Assembly (NCBI GenBank): GCA_963833095.1
Contig: CAWHWQ010000005.1
Coordinates: 192,001 to 256,000, forward strand
Direction: 5' to 3'
Length of the DNA: 64,000 nucleotides
From: Vulcanimicrobiota bacterium
GTDB lineage: Bacteria > Vulcanimicrobiota > Vulcanimicrobiia > Vulcanimicrobiales > Vulcanimicrobiaceae
Part shown: piece by piece, positions 1 to 9,539 of the stretch
How positions within the stretch are numbered: position 1 is the stretch's first letter
Layout of the letters: each line of letters starts with the position of its first letter
The notes under the pieces: generated by a model
Told to the model about the DNA's origin: nothing
Database searches by the model: none
The model's input: the letters and a program-made list of their open reading frames with translations, nothing else
Position numbers and translations under genes: made by a program

Positions 1-1472
1 CCGAGCGCCGAGATCGCGCACCACGTCCCATAGATGAAGTTCACGCCCCAGCGGCCCCACCAGGATCCGTCGGCGCGCTGCGTCGTGCGCAGATATTTTA
101 CGGCGCTTGCGACATCACCGTCGCGCGTGTCGCGTCCGAGGAACGCCAGCATCTCGCCGACGTGCGCCGTCACATCTTCAGTCGGCGGATCGATCAGCGC
201 GCCGAAATCGGCAAACGGCATGCGATAGAGCAACTCACGTGTATTGTCGCGATCGAACGCGGCCCAGGCTCCGTTGCGCGAGCGCATCGCAAGCGTCCAC
301 GCCGCGCCGCTCTCCACCGCTTCGCTCACCATATCGGGTTCGCCCGCATCGATGAGGGCGAGCACGACGATCGCAGTGTCGTCGATGTCGGGATACGCAT
401 CGTTATCAAACTCGAAAGCCCAACCGTTGCCGCCGCGAAAATCGCTGCGCATGCGCCAATCGCCCGGAGCGTCCGCGGCGATCTGCTCGCGCAACAGCCA
501 GCGCACCGCCCGTTGCATCGCCGGATGATCGTGTTTGAGCCCAGCGAGCGAAAGCGCGCGCAGCGCCCACGCGGTGTCCCAGACCGGCGACATGCATGCC
601 TGCACGCGCCAGCCTTCGCGGTCGTTGATGATGAAGCGGTGAAAACCGCCAAGACCCTTGCGTACGATCGGATGATCGAGCCCGTACCCCATGAGGTCGA
701 GTGCGATCAACGAATAGACCCACGGGGGTTGAATCCCACCCCAACTGCCATCGGCTTCTTGGCGCTGCACGATCCACTCGGTCACCTTGCGCATCGCCGC
801 CGCGCGCAACCGATTTTTCGAAAAACGATCGTAGAACTTTAGTGCAGCGTCGAGCCACCACATCCAACCTGATCCCGGCACGTGGTGCATCGCCCGCTGC
901 GTGCCGGGGTTGATCACTTCGTCAACCTCGACACCGAGTGGCCGGACAGGACGCTTGGAGACGACGATCGTCAGCGGCGCTACCGTTCCACGCGCCCAGC
1001 AGGCGAAATCGTACACGTTGAACGGCATCCACAGCGGAAAATAGATCATCTCCGGCGGCAGTGACGGGATGCCATCCCACGGATACACACCAAAGAGCGC
1101 GAGCCAAATCTTGGTGAACACGCGCGCTTGCGCGAGACCGCCCATGCGCCGGATCACGCGCAACGCGCGTTGCATCGGTTCGCGTCCGGCGTCGACTCCG
1201 AGGACTTTGAGCGCAACGTAGGCTTCGATCGTGGTGCTTACGTCGGCTGGGCCATCGTAGTAGAGTGCCCATGAGCCATCCTCGCGTTGGCAGCCCAACA
1301 TGTGCGCGATCGCCCCGTCGCGGATCGGCTCTACGTCAATGCCAAGGAAACGGTAGAGCAAGATTTGTTCCGCCGTCATCGTGACGTTGGTCTCGAGTTC
1401 GCCGCTCCACCAGCCCTCCGGCGCCTGTTGCGCAAGCAGCCAGTCGATGCCGCGTTCGAGCGCGTCAGCCAC
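1..1472 (-). CDS. shc: Squalene-hopene cyclase (3' end runs off the window)
   Basis: Manual translation from GTG at 1472 (GGAGG upstream): MADALERGIDWLLAQQAPEGWWSGELETNVTMTAE...; catalytic GWAFEFDNDAYPDIDDTA (DxDD) near 370-425; follows hpnE. Confidence 0.96.
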   Translation of the reverse strand, partial: MADALERGIDWLLAQQAPEGWWSGELETNVTMTAEQILLYRFLGIDVEPIRDGAIAHMLGCQREDGSWALYYDGPADVSTTIEAYVALKVLGVDAGREPMQRALRVIRRMGGLAQARVFTKIWLALFGVYPWDGIPSLPPEMIYFPLWMPFNVYDFACWARGTVAPLTIVVSKRPVRPLGVEVDEVINPGTQRAMHHVPGSGWMWWLDAALKFYDRFSKNRLRAAAMRKVTEWIVQRQEADGSWGGIQPPWVYSLIALDLMGYGLDHPIVRKGLGGFHRFIINDREGWRVQACMSPVWDTAWALRALSLAGLKHDHPAMQRAVRWLLREQIAADAPGDWRMRSDFRGGNGWAFEFDNDAYPDIDDTAIVVLALIDAGEPDMVSEAVESGAAWTLAMRSRNGAWAAFDRDNTRELLYRMPFADFGALIDPPTEDVTAHVGEMLAFLGRDTRDGDVASAVKYLRTTQRADGSWWGRWGVNFIYGTWCAISAL

Positions 1473-2754
1473 GGGGAACCTCCATAATTACCTCTGCGGC
1501 CGCGATTCCGCTACGCACCGCCGACTCCATCGTGTCGGGCCATCCGGTTTGCGTCCATGACCCTGCAATAGCCACGCGCGGATGCGCCGTGCGCTGCAGC
1601 GTTCGTTGCGCGCCGGGACGGGGCAAGTACGTTGCTTCGGGATTGCGCGTCGCCGCTGCGTGCTCGACGCGCCCGCCGCGTAATGCCGGAACGAATGCGC
1701 ACAATTCTTGCCAGGCAAGCCGTTCTAATTCGGTAGTCGGCACGGTGAGCACGGCGCCGGCGGCGCTGATGCTACAGCACACGTATCCTTCGTCTTTTTC
1801 GAAAATCCACTGAAGCGGCGAATCGAGCACCGCGGCAAAATCGAAGCCCAGCGCACCGCGATCGTGCCAAAGGTGAACGTCAACAATCGGATACGGATCG
1901 TAGGTGTCCAAGGCGCGAACACCAAAGCGCTCGGGCGAACCGAGCAGCCTTGCGGTCGTGCGTGGCGAGACCGCCAGTATCACTGCGTCAAAGTGCACGC
2001 GCAGCTCTTGTGGCAGCAGCAACTCGATCCCGTCGTCGCCGGCTTCCATCGCCAGGACCCCGGTCGAGAGATGCACCGCCGAAATGCGCGCGGCAGCCGC
2101 GGCAGCGACGTGCGCCAGCGGCACGGTTGAAAAGCCAAATCGCGCCGCAGACGCATTGCTAAGGAACGCCGTAGCGATCACGAAGAGCGCATCGGTCGCG
2201 CTCACGCGATCGAACGACGCGTTGAGAGCCGGAATAAAGAATGGATCCCAAAAGGCGCGCCGCGTCGCATCGTTCTGACCGTTACGCGCGAGCCACTGGT
2301 CGAAGGTGAGGTCGGCAGCGGGATGGCGCGCGACCGCCGCGCTTGCAAGAGCGCGCGCCACGCGAACGCGCCCTCCGGCGTCGAGGTGCGCGTAGCCCGC
2401 GAACGAGGCCAGCAGATGAAAGGGCGCGGGCAGTGACGCGGCCCGAAGCCGGCTACTGGTGCCGTCGCGCGCGAGCACCAGCGCATCGAAGCGTGGTTGT
2501 TCGCGCAGCGCATAGCCCATGCCGACGCGTTCGACGAACGCAATGAAGCGATCGCAACAGTGCAGGTACACGTGCTGGCCGTTGTCGATTTCCCGCCCAC
2601 CGACTTCAAATGACGTCGCGCGTCCTCCGAGCAGTCGCGTGCGCTCGAAGACTTCCACCTCATAGCCGCGCTCTTCGAGCTCGAGCGCAGCCGAAAGTCC
2701 GGCAAGGCCCGCACCGACGATCGCTACACGCTTTGGGCTCACAGCCCCAGCCAC
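1465..2754 (-). CDS. hpnE: Hydroxysqualene dehydroxylase (FAD-dependent)
   Basis: GAGLAGL dinucleotide-binding motif, LGGRATSF, IDNGQH, TGWPDTMESAVRSG; lies between hpnD and shc. Confidence 0.9.
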   Translation of the reverse strand: MAGAVSPKRVAIVGAGLAGLSAALELEERGYEVEVFERTRLLGGRATSFEVGGREIDNGQHVYLHCCDRFIAFVERVGMGYALREQPRFDALVLARDGTSSRLRAASLPAPFHLLASFAGYAHLDAGGRVRVARALASAAVARHPAADLTFDQWLARNGQNDATRRAFWDPFFIPALNASFDRVSATDALFVIATAFLSNASAARFGFSTVPLAHVAAAAAARISAVHLSTGVLAMEAGDDGIELLLPQELRVHFDAVILAVSPRTTARLLGSPERFGVRALDTYDPYPIVDVHLWHDRGALGFDFAAVLDSPLQWIFEKDEGYVCCSISAAGAVLTVPTTELERLAWQELCAFVPALRGGRVEHAAATRNPEATYLPRPGAQRTLQRTAHPRVAIAGSWTQTGWPDTMESAVRSGIAAAEVIMEVPRG

Positions 2755-3626
2755 GCCCGAACCATCGCCCCGATCTTCTCGGTGCCCGAGAGGCCGGCGC
2801 GGTCATGCAAGGGAAGCGCGGGATCGCGCTCGATCTTCTCGAGAATCCGCTCGTAGATTCCGGCCATCGTTCGCACGCATGCCGCCGGCCGCCGGTCAAT
2901 GTAGCGCAAGACCTCATAGCCACGCGCGAAATACTCCCGCGCGCGCTGCGCCTCGAAAGCGATCAGCGCATCCCATCCTTCTCGCCCTTCGAGGCTCGCG
3001 CTACGCGCGAGCTCCTCAGGATGACAGAGTGCGCCTTCCGCGATTCCGAACCGGCGCAAATCTTCTTGCGGCAAATAAATGCGCCCAAGCCCCATATCCT
3101 CGCGCACGTCGCGCAAGATGTTGGTCAGTTGCAGAGCGATGCCAAGGTCGTCGGCGCGTTTGAGCGCTTCTTCGTCCACAAAGCCAAAAATCCGAACGCA
3201 CATGCGCCCGACAACGGATGCAACCAGGTTGCAGTAGACCTGCAGCTCATCCCAAGTTTGGTAGCGAACTTTGCTTGCGTCCATCTCGACGCCGTCGATG
3301 AGCATCTGCAGCTCACGCTGCGGAATGGCGAAACGATTGACGGCCACGGCAAGCACCTGCATAACGGCGTCGTCGTCTGCGTACTCTCCGCGCGCGCACT
3401 TTGCGATACGCTCGCGGTGACGCAGCAGTCGACCCGGCAAGTCCGGCGCGTGCGCGACGGCATCCGCTTCGTCGTCGACTTGGCGCGCGAAATCGTAGAG
3501 CGCGTAGATCGCGTTACGCTGCTCCCGTGGTAGTGAGATGAACCCCCAGTAGAAGTTTTTTGCCTCGCGCCGCGCCATATCATGGCAGTATCGCTCGGCA
3601 TCGGCGAGGCTAAGTGCTACCGACAT
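2739..3626 (-). CDS. hpnD: Presqualene diphosphate synthase (phytoene/squalene synthase family)
   Basis: NFYWG, YDFARQVDDEAD, LQLTNILRDVRED, GRIYLP; context. Confidence 0.88.
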   Translation of the reverse strand: MSVALSLADAERYCHDMARREAKNFYWGFISLPREQRNAIYALYDFARQVDDEADAVAHAPDLPGRLLRHRERIAKCARGEYADDDAVMQVLAVAVNRFAIPQRELQMLIDGVEMDASKVRYQTWDELQVYCNLVASVVGRMCVRIFGFVDEEALKRADDLGIALQLTNILRDVREDMGLGRIYLPQEDLRRFGIAEGALCHPEELARSASLEGREGWDALIAFEAQRAREYFARGYEVLRYIDRRPAACVRTMAGIYERILEKIERDPALPLHDRAGLSGTEKIGAMVRAWLGL

Positions 3627-4461
3627 ATCTCCCGCTTCTGCCGGCGCGTAGCGAACTGCCCAACGCGCGCATCAGGATCGCGATCCGGTCGCGCCCGCTC
3701 ACCGTTGGTCGTCGCACCTCGGTGTGGTAGTCAATCTCTTCGATGGCCTTGCAAATAGCAAGGCCGCCCATGCGATAGAGCCGGAGCTGCAAGGCGAGCG
3801 CGAACGGCACCATCGTTTCGAGCGCTCGACCTGAATCGAGCAAACGTCGCGCCCGCTCCACCAGTGCGCGAACCGCGCCGGACGTTCCCGATGCGGCAAC
3901 GTCCTCGCCGAGCAGATAACGCCGGCCGATGAGGGCGTCGCGTTTGACGTCTTGGGCGTGATTGGCCAGTTGCAGCCCGATGCACACGTCATCCGAGAGG
4001 GCCTGAGCGGCGGGACCGTTGACGCCGAAGATCGCCAGGACCATACGCCCGACCGGAGCGGCCGAAAGCCGGCAATAGGCCTCGAGTTGCGGCCAGGTTT
4101 GATACGCCGTGGCCTGCTGGTCGAGCCGGTTGGCCTCGATCAAATCGAAGAACGGTTCGGACGAAATCGCGGCGCGCGCGACCGTTTCACGTAACGCGAA
4201 GAGCACCGGATGCACCGGCGTCACGCCGGCAAACATCGCGCGCGCCTCAGTCTGCCAGCGGTCGAGTCGCTCTAGCGCCTCATCGGGCGAAGCGCTTTCG
4301 TCGCCTAAATCATCGGTCGTTCGGCAGAAAGCGTAGATGCGCGCCAGGTCTCGCCGCACGGCGGCACGCACCAGGCCCGAAGCGACGATAAAGTTCTCGT
4401 AATGGCGCCGCGTGAGCTCCCGGCAATATGCATCGGCTGCCGCGAGCGCTACGTCATTCAT
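3610..4461 (-). CDS. hpnC: Squalene synthase HpnC (hydroxysqualene synthase)
   Basis: HYENFIVAS, YAFCRTTDDLGDE, YCRLSAAPVGR, LQLANHAQD. Confidence 0.9.
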   Translation of the reverse strand: MNDVALAAADAYCRELTRRHYENFIVASGLVRAAVRRDLARIYAFCRTTDDLGDESASPDEALERLDRWQTEARAMFAGVTPVHPVLFALRETVARAAISSEPFFDLIEANRLDQQATAYQTWPQLEAYCRLSAAPVGRMVLAIFGVNGPAAQALSDDVCIGLQLANHAQDVKRDALIGRRYLLGEDVAASGTSGAVRALVERARRLLDSGRALETMVPFALALQLRLYRMGGLAICKAIEEIDYHTEVRRPTVSGRDRIAILMRALGSSLRAGRSGRYVGST

Positions 4462-5513
4462 TGTTCGACCAGCATGTCGGTCAACTTCAACTCGTCGATC
4501 GAGCGCAGGCCTAGCGCGAACATCGCGACGCGCATAACTTCGATAATCTCGCGCGCGAGGTCATGCACTTCATCGAAGCCTTGCGCGGCCGCCCGCAAAA
4601 ATGGACCCGCGATACCGATCAAGTCCGCTCCGAGCGCGATCGCCTTGGTCGCATCGAGTCCCTCGCGAATGCCGCCGCTGGCAATAATGAGGCCTTCCGG
4701 CACCGCGGCGCGCGCCTCCCGAACGCATTCCGCCGTCGGAATTCCCCAAGCCGCGAACTGCGCGGCTACGCGAACGCGCCACGATTCATGCGTGCGATGA
4801 CGTTCGACTTCACTCCACGAGGTGCCGCCGGCCCCGGCGACATCGACGCCGGCGACGCCGCACTCGAAGAGCGCGCGAACGACGTCGGCGCTTAGGCCCC
4901 ACCCGACCTCCTTGACCAGTACCGGAACATCTAACCCGTCGCACAAGTCTGCGATACGTTCCATCAGCCCGCGAAAGTCGGTATCACCCTCGGCCTGCAG
5001 TGCTTCCTGAAGGGGATTCAAATGGAGCATCAGCCCGTCGGCGTTCACGAGCTTGATCAAGTGGCGTAATTGCGGGGCGCCGTATCCCTTGTTCAACTGG
5101 ACCGCGCCGAGGTTCGCAAAAAGCAACACGTCGGGCGCGACCGAGCGGACATCGAAGCTTTCGATGGTGCTTGGATCCTCGAGCAAGACGCGCCCCGAAC
5201 CTAGACCCATCGCGAAGCCGAATTCTTGGGCAATACGCGCCAACGTCCGATTGACGCCGGTCGCTTCGGGCGTTCCGCCGGTCATACAGGAGATCAAGAG
5301 CGGTGCGCGCAGCGTACGACCGAAATGCGTGACACTCAGATCAACGTCGGCAAGGGCGATTTCCGGCAGTGCGCAGTGCTGGAATCGGTAACGCTCGAAA
5401 CCCGGGCTAACGCCTTTTCCGCGAACGTCCTGCTCGAGATTGATCCGTAAGTGCTCAGCCTTTCTCGACGTGCTGCCGTCCCCCGATCGGCCGCGCTCAG
5501 TTCCCTGCTGCAA
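4458..5513 (-). CDS. fni: Type 2 isopentenyl-diphosphate delta-isomerase
   Basis: RKAEHL, MTGG, GSGR, HLNPLQE, VKEVGWG, GAGGTSW, ASGGIR. Confidence 0.95.
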   Translation of the reverse strand: MQQGTERGRSGDGSTSRKAEHLRINLEQDVRGKGVSPGFERYRFQHCALPEIALADVDLSVTHFGRTLRAPLLISCMTGGTPEATGVNRTLARIAQEFGFAMGLGSGRVLLEDPSTIESFDVRSVAPDVLLFANLGAVQLNKGYGAPQLRHLIKLVNADGLMLHLNPLQEALQAEGDTDFRGLMERIADLCDGLDVPVLVKEVGWGLSADVVRALFECGVAGVDVAGAGGTSWSEVERHRTHESWRVRVAAQFAAWGIPTAECVREARAAVPEGLIIASGGIREGLDATKAIALGADLIGIAGPFLRAAAQGFDEVHDLAREIIEVMRVAMFALGLRSIDELKLTDMLVEQ

Positions 5514-6264
5514 GCTCGTACGTGATCTCCTTGAATTCCGCTACATAGGCACGATCCAGCGATGAGGATTCAACGATGGACACGGCTTTCGCTGCATATC
5601 GCTTCGCCAAAGGGCTCGAAGCGCCCCGAGCCTGGCTTGCGAGTTGCATGATCGCGCCCAGAAGCCGCCCGGCCCGAGCCAGGACGTCCTCCAGTTGCGC
5701 AGAGGTGCCGGCCATAATCGCGCCGGCCCGCAAACTCAGCGCCAGCATTAGCGGCTGCGTCCCTGCATATGCGACGCGCATTCTCCGGCTCGTCCGCGCG
5801 AGCACGCTTGCGCTAATCAGCCGATTGCGCTGCTCGATTCCGTGGAGAACCGCTTGCGCAAGCACGAACCCCACATCGAGCACGCGATCGCCGTGCACCG
5901 CATCTTTTACGAGCAAGCCTAGCCCGAGCGCATGGAAAGCATCGCCCGCGTTTAAGGTCTGCGCAAGGCCCCATATCGACGAGGTCGTTTCGCGTTCGAA
6001 CGAAAGCGTCGGCGCCATCTGCAATTCGTCGTGAAGCACCGAAAACCGATGCAAACACTCGACTGATGCCGCGACGGGGACCGCCGTGCGCGAATCGCCG
6101 CCACAGGCATCGCATGCCCAAAGCACGAGACTCGCGCAGAGCGGGTCGGCGTACTCGAACGAGTGCCGCATGATGCGTTCGAAAACGGTGCTGAATTGCA
6201 CGTCCGCGTCCCGTAAATATTCTAGCGTACGCGCCTGCCGTTCGCGCAGAAGAGCTAATTCCAA
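5497..6264 (-). CDS. Polyprenyl synthetase family protein with degenerate Asp-rich motifs
   Basis: AASVECLHRFSVLHDE and WG..QTLNAGDA resemble IspA/CrtE, but DDxxD motifs are absent. Confidence 0.7.
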   Translation of the reverse strand: MELALLRERQARTLEYLRDADVQFSTVFERIMRHSFEYADPLCASLVLWACDACGGDSRTAVPVAASVECLHRFSVLHDELQMAPTLSFERETTSSIWGLAQTLNAGDAFHALGLGLLVKDAVHGDRVLDVGFVLAQAVLHGIEQRNRLISASVLARTSRRMRVAYAGTQPLMLALSLRAGAIMAGTSAQLEDVLARAGRLLGAIMQLASQARGASSPLAKRYAAKAVSIVESSSLDRAYVAEFKEITYELAAGN

Positions 6265-6331
6265 AAGGGTGCCGTCTCCTATGTCCTCGCGAAGGAACGA
6301 TGCGTTCGCTAGTGTTATCTATAGCCCTCCA

Positions 6332-7144
6332 ATGACCAAGCAGCTGATCGTTTCTGCCGACGACTTCGGGTTATCGTTAGAAGTAAATGAGGCGGTTGAG
6401 CGCGCGCATCGCGACGGCGTCCTGCGGGCCGCAAGCCTGATGGTTGCGGCACCAGCCGCGCAGGATGCAATTCGGCGCGCTCGCGCGCTCCCATCGTTGC
6501 GCGTTGGGCTGCATGTGGTGCTCGTCAACGGGCGTCCGGCGCTTCCGCCGCAGCGGGTACGCGCGCTGGTCGACCGCGATGGAAATTTTCAGAGCGATCT
6601 CGTGGCGGCCGGGATGCGGTTCTTCTTTCATCCGGGAGCGCGGCGCGCACTCGAAGGCGAGATCCGCGCGCAATTCGACGCCTTCGCGGGCACCGGTCTA
6701 CGGCTCGATCACGTCAATGCGCAGAATCACATGCACGTGCATCCCACCGTTCTCGGCATCATCATCGACGTCGGACGCGACTACGGCATGCACGCCGTAC
6801 GCGTGCCGCGCGAACGGGGCGGCGCGCCCTATCTTAGCCCCTGGCTCGCGCTGATGCGCTATCGCTTGCGACGCGCGGGGATCACGACCAACGACGCCGT
6901 TTTGGGCATACGCGATTCCGGCCACATGACGCGCGAACGGGTCCTCGAGCTGCTCGACTCGCTCGCTCCGGGAGTTTCCGAAATGTACTTCCATCCGGCG
7001 ACCCGAGCGTGGGCGGGCATCGATCCGCAGATCGCGGACTATGATTTCGCCGGCGAACTCGCCGCACTTGTCAGTCCCGACGTGCGCGCGAAAATCGATG
7101 CGGTTGGCGCGGAGGCGGTGGCATATTCCGATCTGCGCGCGTGA
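6332..7144 (+). CDS. hpnK: Hopanoid biosynthesis-associated deacetylase (YdjC/ChbG family)
   Basis: ATG 6332 MTKQLIVSADDFG, VGLHVVL, DHVNAQNHMHVHP, EMYFHP; adjacent to hpnI. Confidence 0.9.
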   Translation: MTKQLIVSADDFGLSLEVNEAVERAHRDGVLRAASLMVAAPAAQDAIRRARALPSLRVGLHVVLVNGRPALPPQRVRALVDRDGNFQSDLVAAGMRFFFHPGARRALEGEIRAQFDAFAGTGLRLDHVNAQNHMHVHPTVLGIIIDVGRDYGMHAVRVPRERGGAPYLSPWLALMRYRLRRAGITTNDAVLGIRDSGHMTRERVLELLDSLAPGVSEMYFHPATRAWAGIDPQIADYDFAGELAALVSPDVRAKIDAVGAEAVAYSDLRA

Positions 7145-8271
7145 TCGCGCTCACAGTCATCCGTTTAGTATTCGGGTTCATCACGTGCTTGGGGATCTGC
7201 TACAGCGCGGTTGCCGTCCTCGGCATGCTACGCTTTTTTTTGTCCCGTGCCGTGCATCTACCGCTTTCGTATCCTCCGGTCACGATCCTCAAGCCGATTC
7301 GCGGTCTCGAAACGGAGCTCTACGAGAATCTCTGCACGTTCTGCAATCAGGAGTATCCGCACTTTGAGGTGATCTTCGGCGTGCGCGATCGCAGCGACCC
7401 CGCCATTGCGGAGATCGAGCGCGTTATCGCGGCATTTCCAGACCGCGACTTGCGGCTCGTCGTCGAAGCGAAGCCGTATACCGGCAATCCGAAGGTCGCG
7501 AATCTCGCGAACATGCTGCCGCACGCAAACGGTGAGATCATCGTCATCGCCGACGCGGATATGCGCGTGGACCCGCGCTATCTTGCATCGATCGCCGCGG
7601 ACTTCGATGACCAGCGCACGGGCGCCGCAACCTGTCTTTATGCCGGCGAGCCGCGCGGCGGGCTTTCCTCGCTGCTCGCGGTGATGCAGATCAACGATCA
7701 ATTTGCGCCGTCCGTGCTCGTTGCGACGTTGTTGAGCGACCCGAAATTCTGCTTCGGCTCCACGATGGCCGTGCGGCGAACGGTGCTCGAAGAAATCGGC
7801 GGACTCGAAGCGCTCGCTGGAACGATCGCCGACGATTACATGCTCGGCGCCCTCGTCACCCAGGCGGGCCATCGCGTACGGCTTAGCCGCTACATCGTGC
7901 GCGACATCGTCACCGAGCCGAGCGTCGGCGCGATGCTGCGGCACGAATTACGTTGGGCACGAACGATCCGCGCAATGCGCCCGCTCGGTTACGCCGGCAC
8001 GATTCTGACCTTCCCATTGCCCTTCGCGCTCCTCACCACGCTCCTCGAACCGACGCAATCGTCCGCATGGATTGCCCTTGCCATAGCATTCGTACTACGT
8101 CTGAACGTGCACACGATGATGGCCGCACTCTTCGGTCTTCGCGGCCAAGCGAAACACTTTTGGCTGATCCCATTGCGCGATTGCTTCGGCCTTGCGGTAT
8201 GGGCAGCGGGTCTTTTCGGCACCAAGGTTCGCTGGAAAGAGCAAACCCTCGATACCCGCGAACTATTGTGA
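7141..8271 (+). CDS. hpnI: Bacteriohopanetetrol glucosamine glycosyltransferase (GT2)
   Basis: ILKPIRG, NPKVANL, ADADMRV, ADDY, HELRWARTIR. Confidence 0.9.
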   Translation: MIALTVIRLVFGFITCLGICYSAVAVLGMLRFFLSRAVHLPLSYPPVTILKPIRGLETELYENLCTFCNQEYPHFEVIFGVRDRSDPAIAEIERVIAAFPDRDLRLVVEAKPYTGNPKVANLANMLPHANGEIIVIADADMRVDPRYLASIAADFDDQRTGAATCLYAGEPRGGLSSLLAVMQINDQFAPSVLVATLLSDPKFCFGSTMAVRRTVLEEIGGLEALAGTIADDYMLGALVTQAGHRVRLSRYIVRDIVTEPSVGAMLRHELRWARTIRAMRPLGYAGTILTFPLPFALLTTLLEPTQSSAWIALAIAFVLRLNVHTMMAALFGLRGQAKHFWLIPLRDCFGLAVWAAGLFGTKVRWKEQTLDTRELL

Positions 8272-8739
8272 GACGGCGGTGACTTCGGCTTGCGTCACGG
8301 CGCTTGCTTTATTGCCCCAGGCCGAGCGAACGTACGTGATGATCGACGCGATGTCGGCGTTGGAAAGTGATTGGCCCCAGGCCGGCATCATGCCGTTATA
8401 ATCGGTTCCCTTCACGCTGACTTTGCCGTTGAGTCCGTATTTGACGATGCGAATCACGACCGAAGGATCGGCGGTTACGGTGGCGTTGCCGGCCAACGGC
8501 GGGAACGTGCCCGCCACGCCTTGGCCGTTGGGCTGATGGCAGCTCGAGCAGTTTTGCGTGTACAACTTTCCGCCGTCGTTGGCGGCTGCGCCATTTTGGG
8601 CTACGGCGGCGGATGCCGTCGCCCCGGCGGCCTCGGAAGGGCTGCTCGTTGCCGCAGCGCTGCCTCCGCCCTTGGCACAGCCGGCCAATCCGCCGATCAG
8701 GAGCGCAAGCGCCGCACATGTCGTTCCAGTGCGTCTCAT
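8263..8739 (-). CDS. Lipoprotein c-type cytochrome
   Basis: Lipobox LAGC; heme motif CSSCH; FPPLAG; YNGMMPAW distal Met. Confidence 0.9.
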   Translation of the reverse strand: MRRTGTTCAALALLIGGLAGCAKGGGSAAATSSPSEAAGATASAAVAQNGAAANDGGKLYTQNCSSCHQPNGQGVAGTFPPLAGNATVTADPSVVIRIVKYGLNGKVSVKGTDYNGMMPAWGQSLSNADIASIITYVRSAWGNKASAVTQAEVTAVSQ

Positions 8740-9539
8740 GGGTGTTGCGTTAGCGCGACGAATTGCACACTCCTCGTTGCAATCAGCGCCTCCAAGGCGT
8801 CGAGCGAAGGGTGCTGCGGCCGCATCAAAACAACCGAGCGTCCTTCGCGCTGCGAGCGCCGGACTGCGCGAGCCAGCATGAAGCGAATATAGCCGCGCGC
8901 GCTTCGGTCGTCGACCGTTTCGTCCCGTTGCGCGATGGGAATGCCTGCCGCGCTGAACTCGACGGCATCCGCGTTACCCCGTTCGTCGAAGAACAGCAGC
9001 CCGGTTCCATCGAGCGATTGCACGAAACGCTCGCTCGAGCGCGACGCCACACCGTCGAAGTTGCCGAAACGCTTGCGCAACTGCGCGAGCTGCCATTGCG
9101 TCGGCGCGTTCTCGAGGTGAAGCAGTACCAGATCACCGGCCTCGTGAGCCAACTGCGCCACCATGGGGGCCTGCGCGGCCGAAGGATCGATGTCGAACGC
9201 GATCGGCACGTTCATCTGCACGAACGCCGCATCGACCGATGGCGTCGTGCCGCACAGGCCGACCACGACCGCCAGTTGCGGCGTGAGCCAATGTTCCGAA
9301 GCCAGCGCAGGACGATCGATGACCACGTCGTCCGTCGAAAAGAGATCGTCAACGCGCGAATCCGAGGGATCGTGCAGCACCGCGTGCGCGCTCGGCGCGA
9401 CGCGCGGCTGTACCTTGGCGCGCGGCGGCGGCGCGGTCGCGCGACCGCTCATGTACCCTCCGACGATCGCGGCGAGCGCTAGCGCGATAATCGCTAGCCA
9501 GAAGGCTTGGGAACGCACACGCGCGAGCTCATCGCCCAA
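8736..9539 (-). CDS. Divergent polysaccharide deacetylase (YibQ-like), membrane anchored
   Basis: N-terminal TM; LAVVV..G, VLLHL, LLFFDE, RDETVDD pattern. Confidence 0.6.
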   Translation of the reverse strand: MGDELARVRSQAFWLAIIALALAAIVGGYMSGRATAPPPRAKVQPRVAPSAHAVLHDPSDSRVDDLFSTDDVVIDRPALASEHWLTPQLAVVVGLCGTTPSVDAAFVQMNVPIAFDIDPSAAQAPMVAQLAHEAGDLVLLHLENAPTQWQLAQLRKRFGNFDGVASRSSERFVQSLDGTGLLFFDERGNADAVEFSAAGIPIAQRDETVDDRSARGYIRFMLARAVRRSQREGRSVVLMRPQHPSLDALEALIATRSVQFVALTQHP

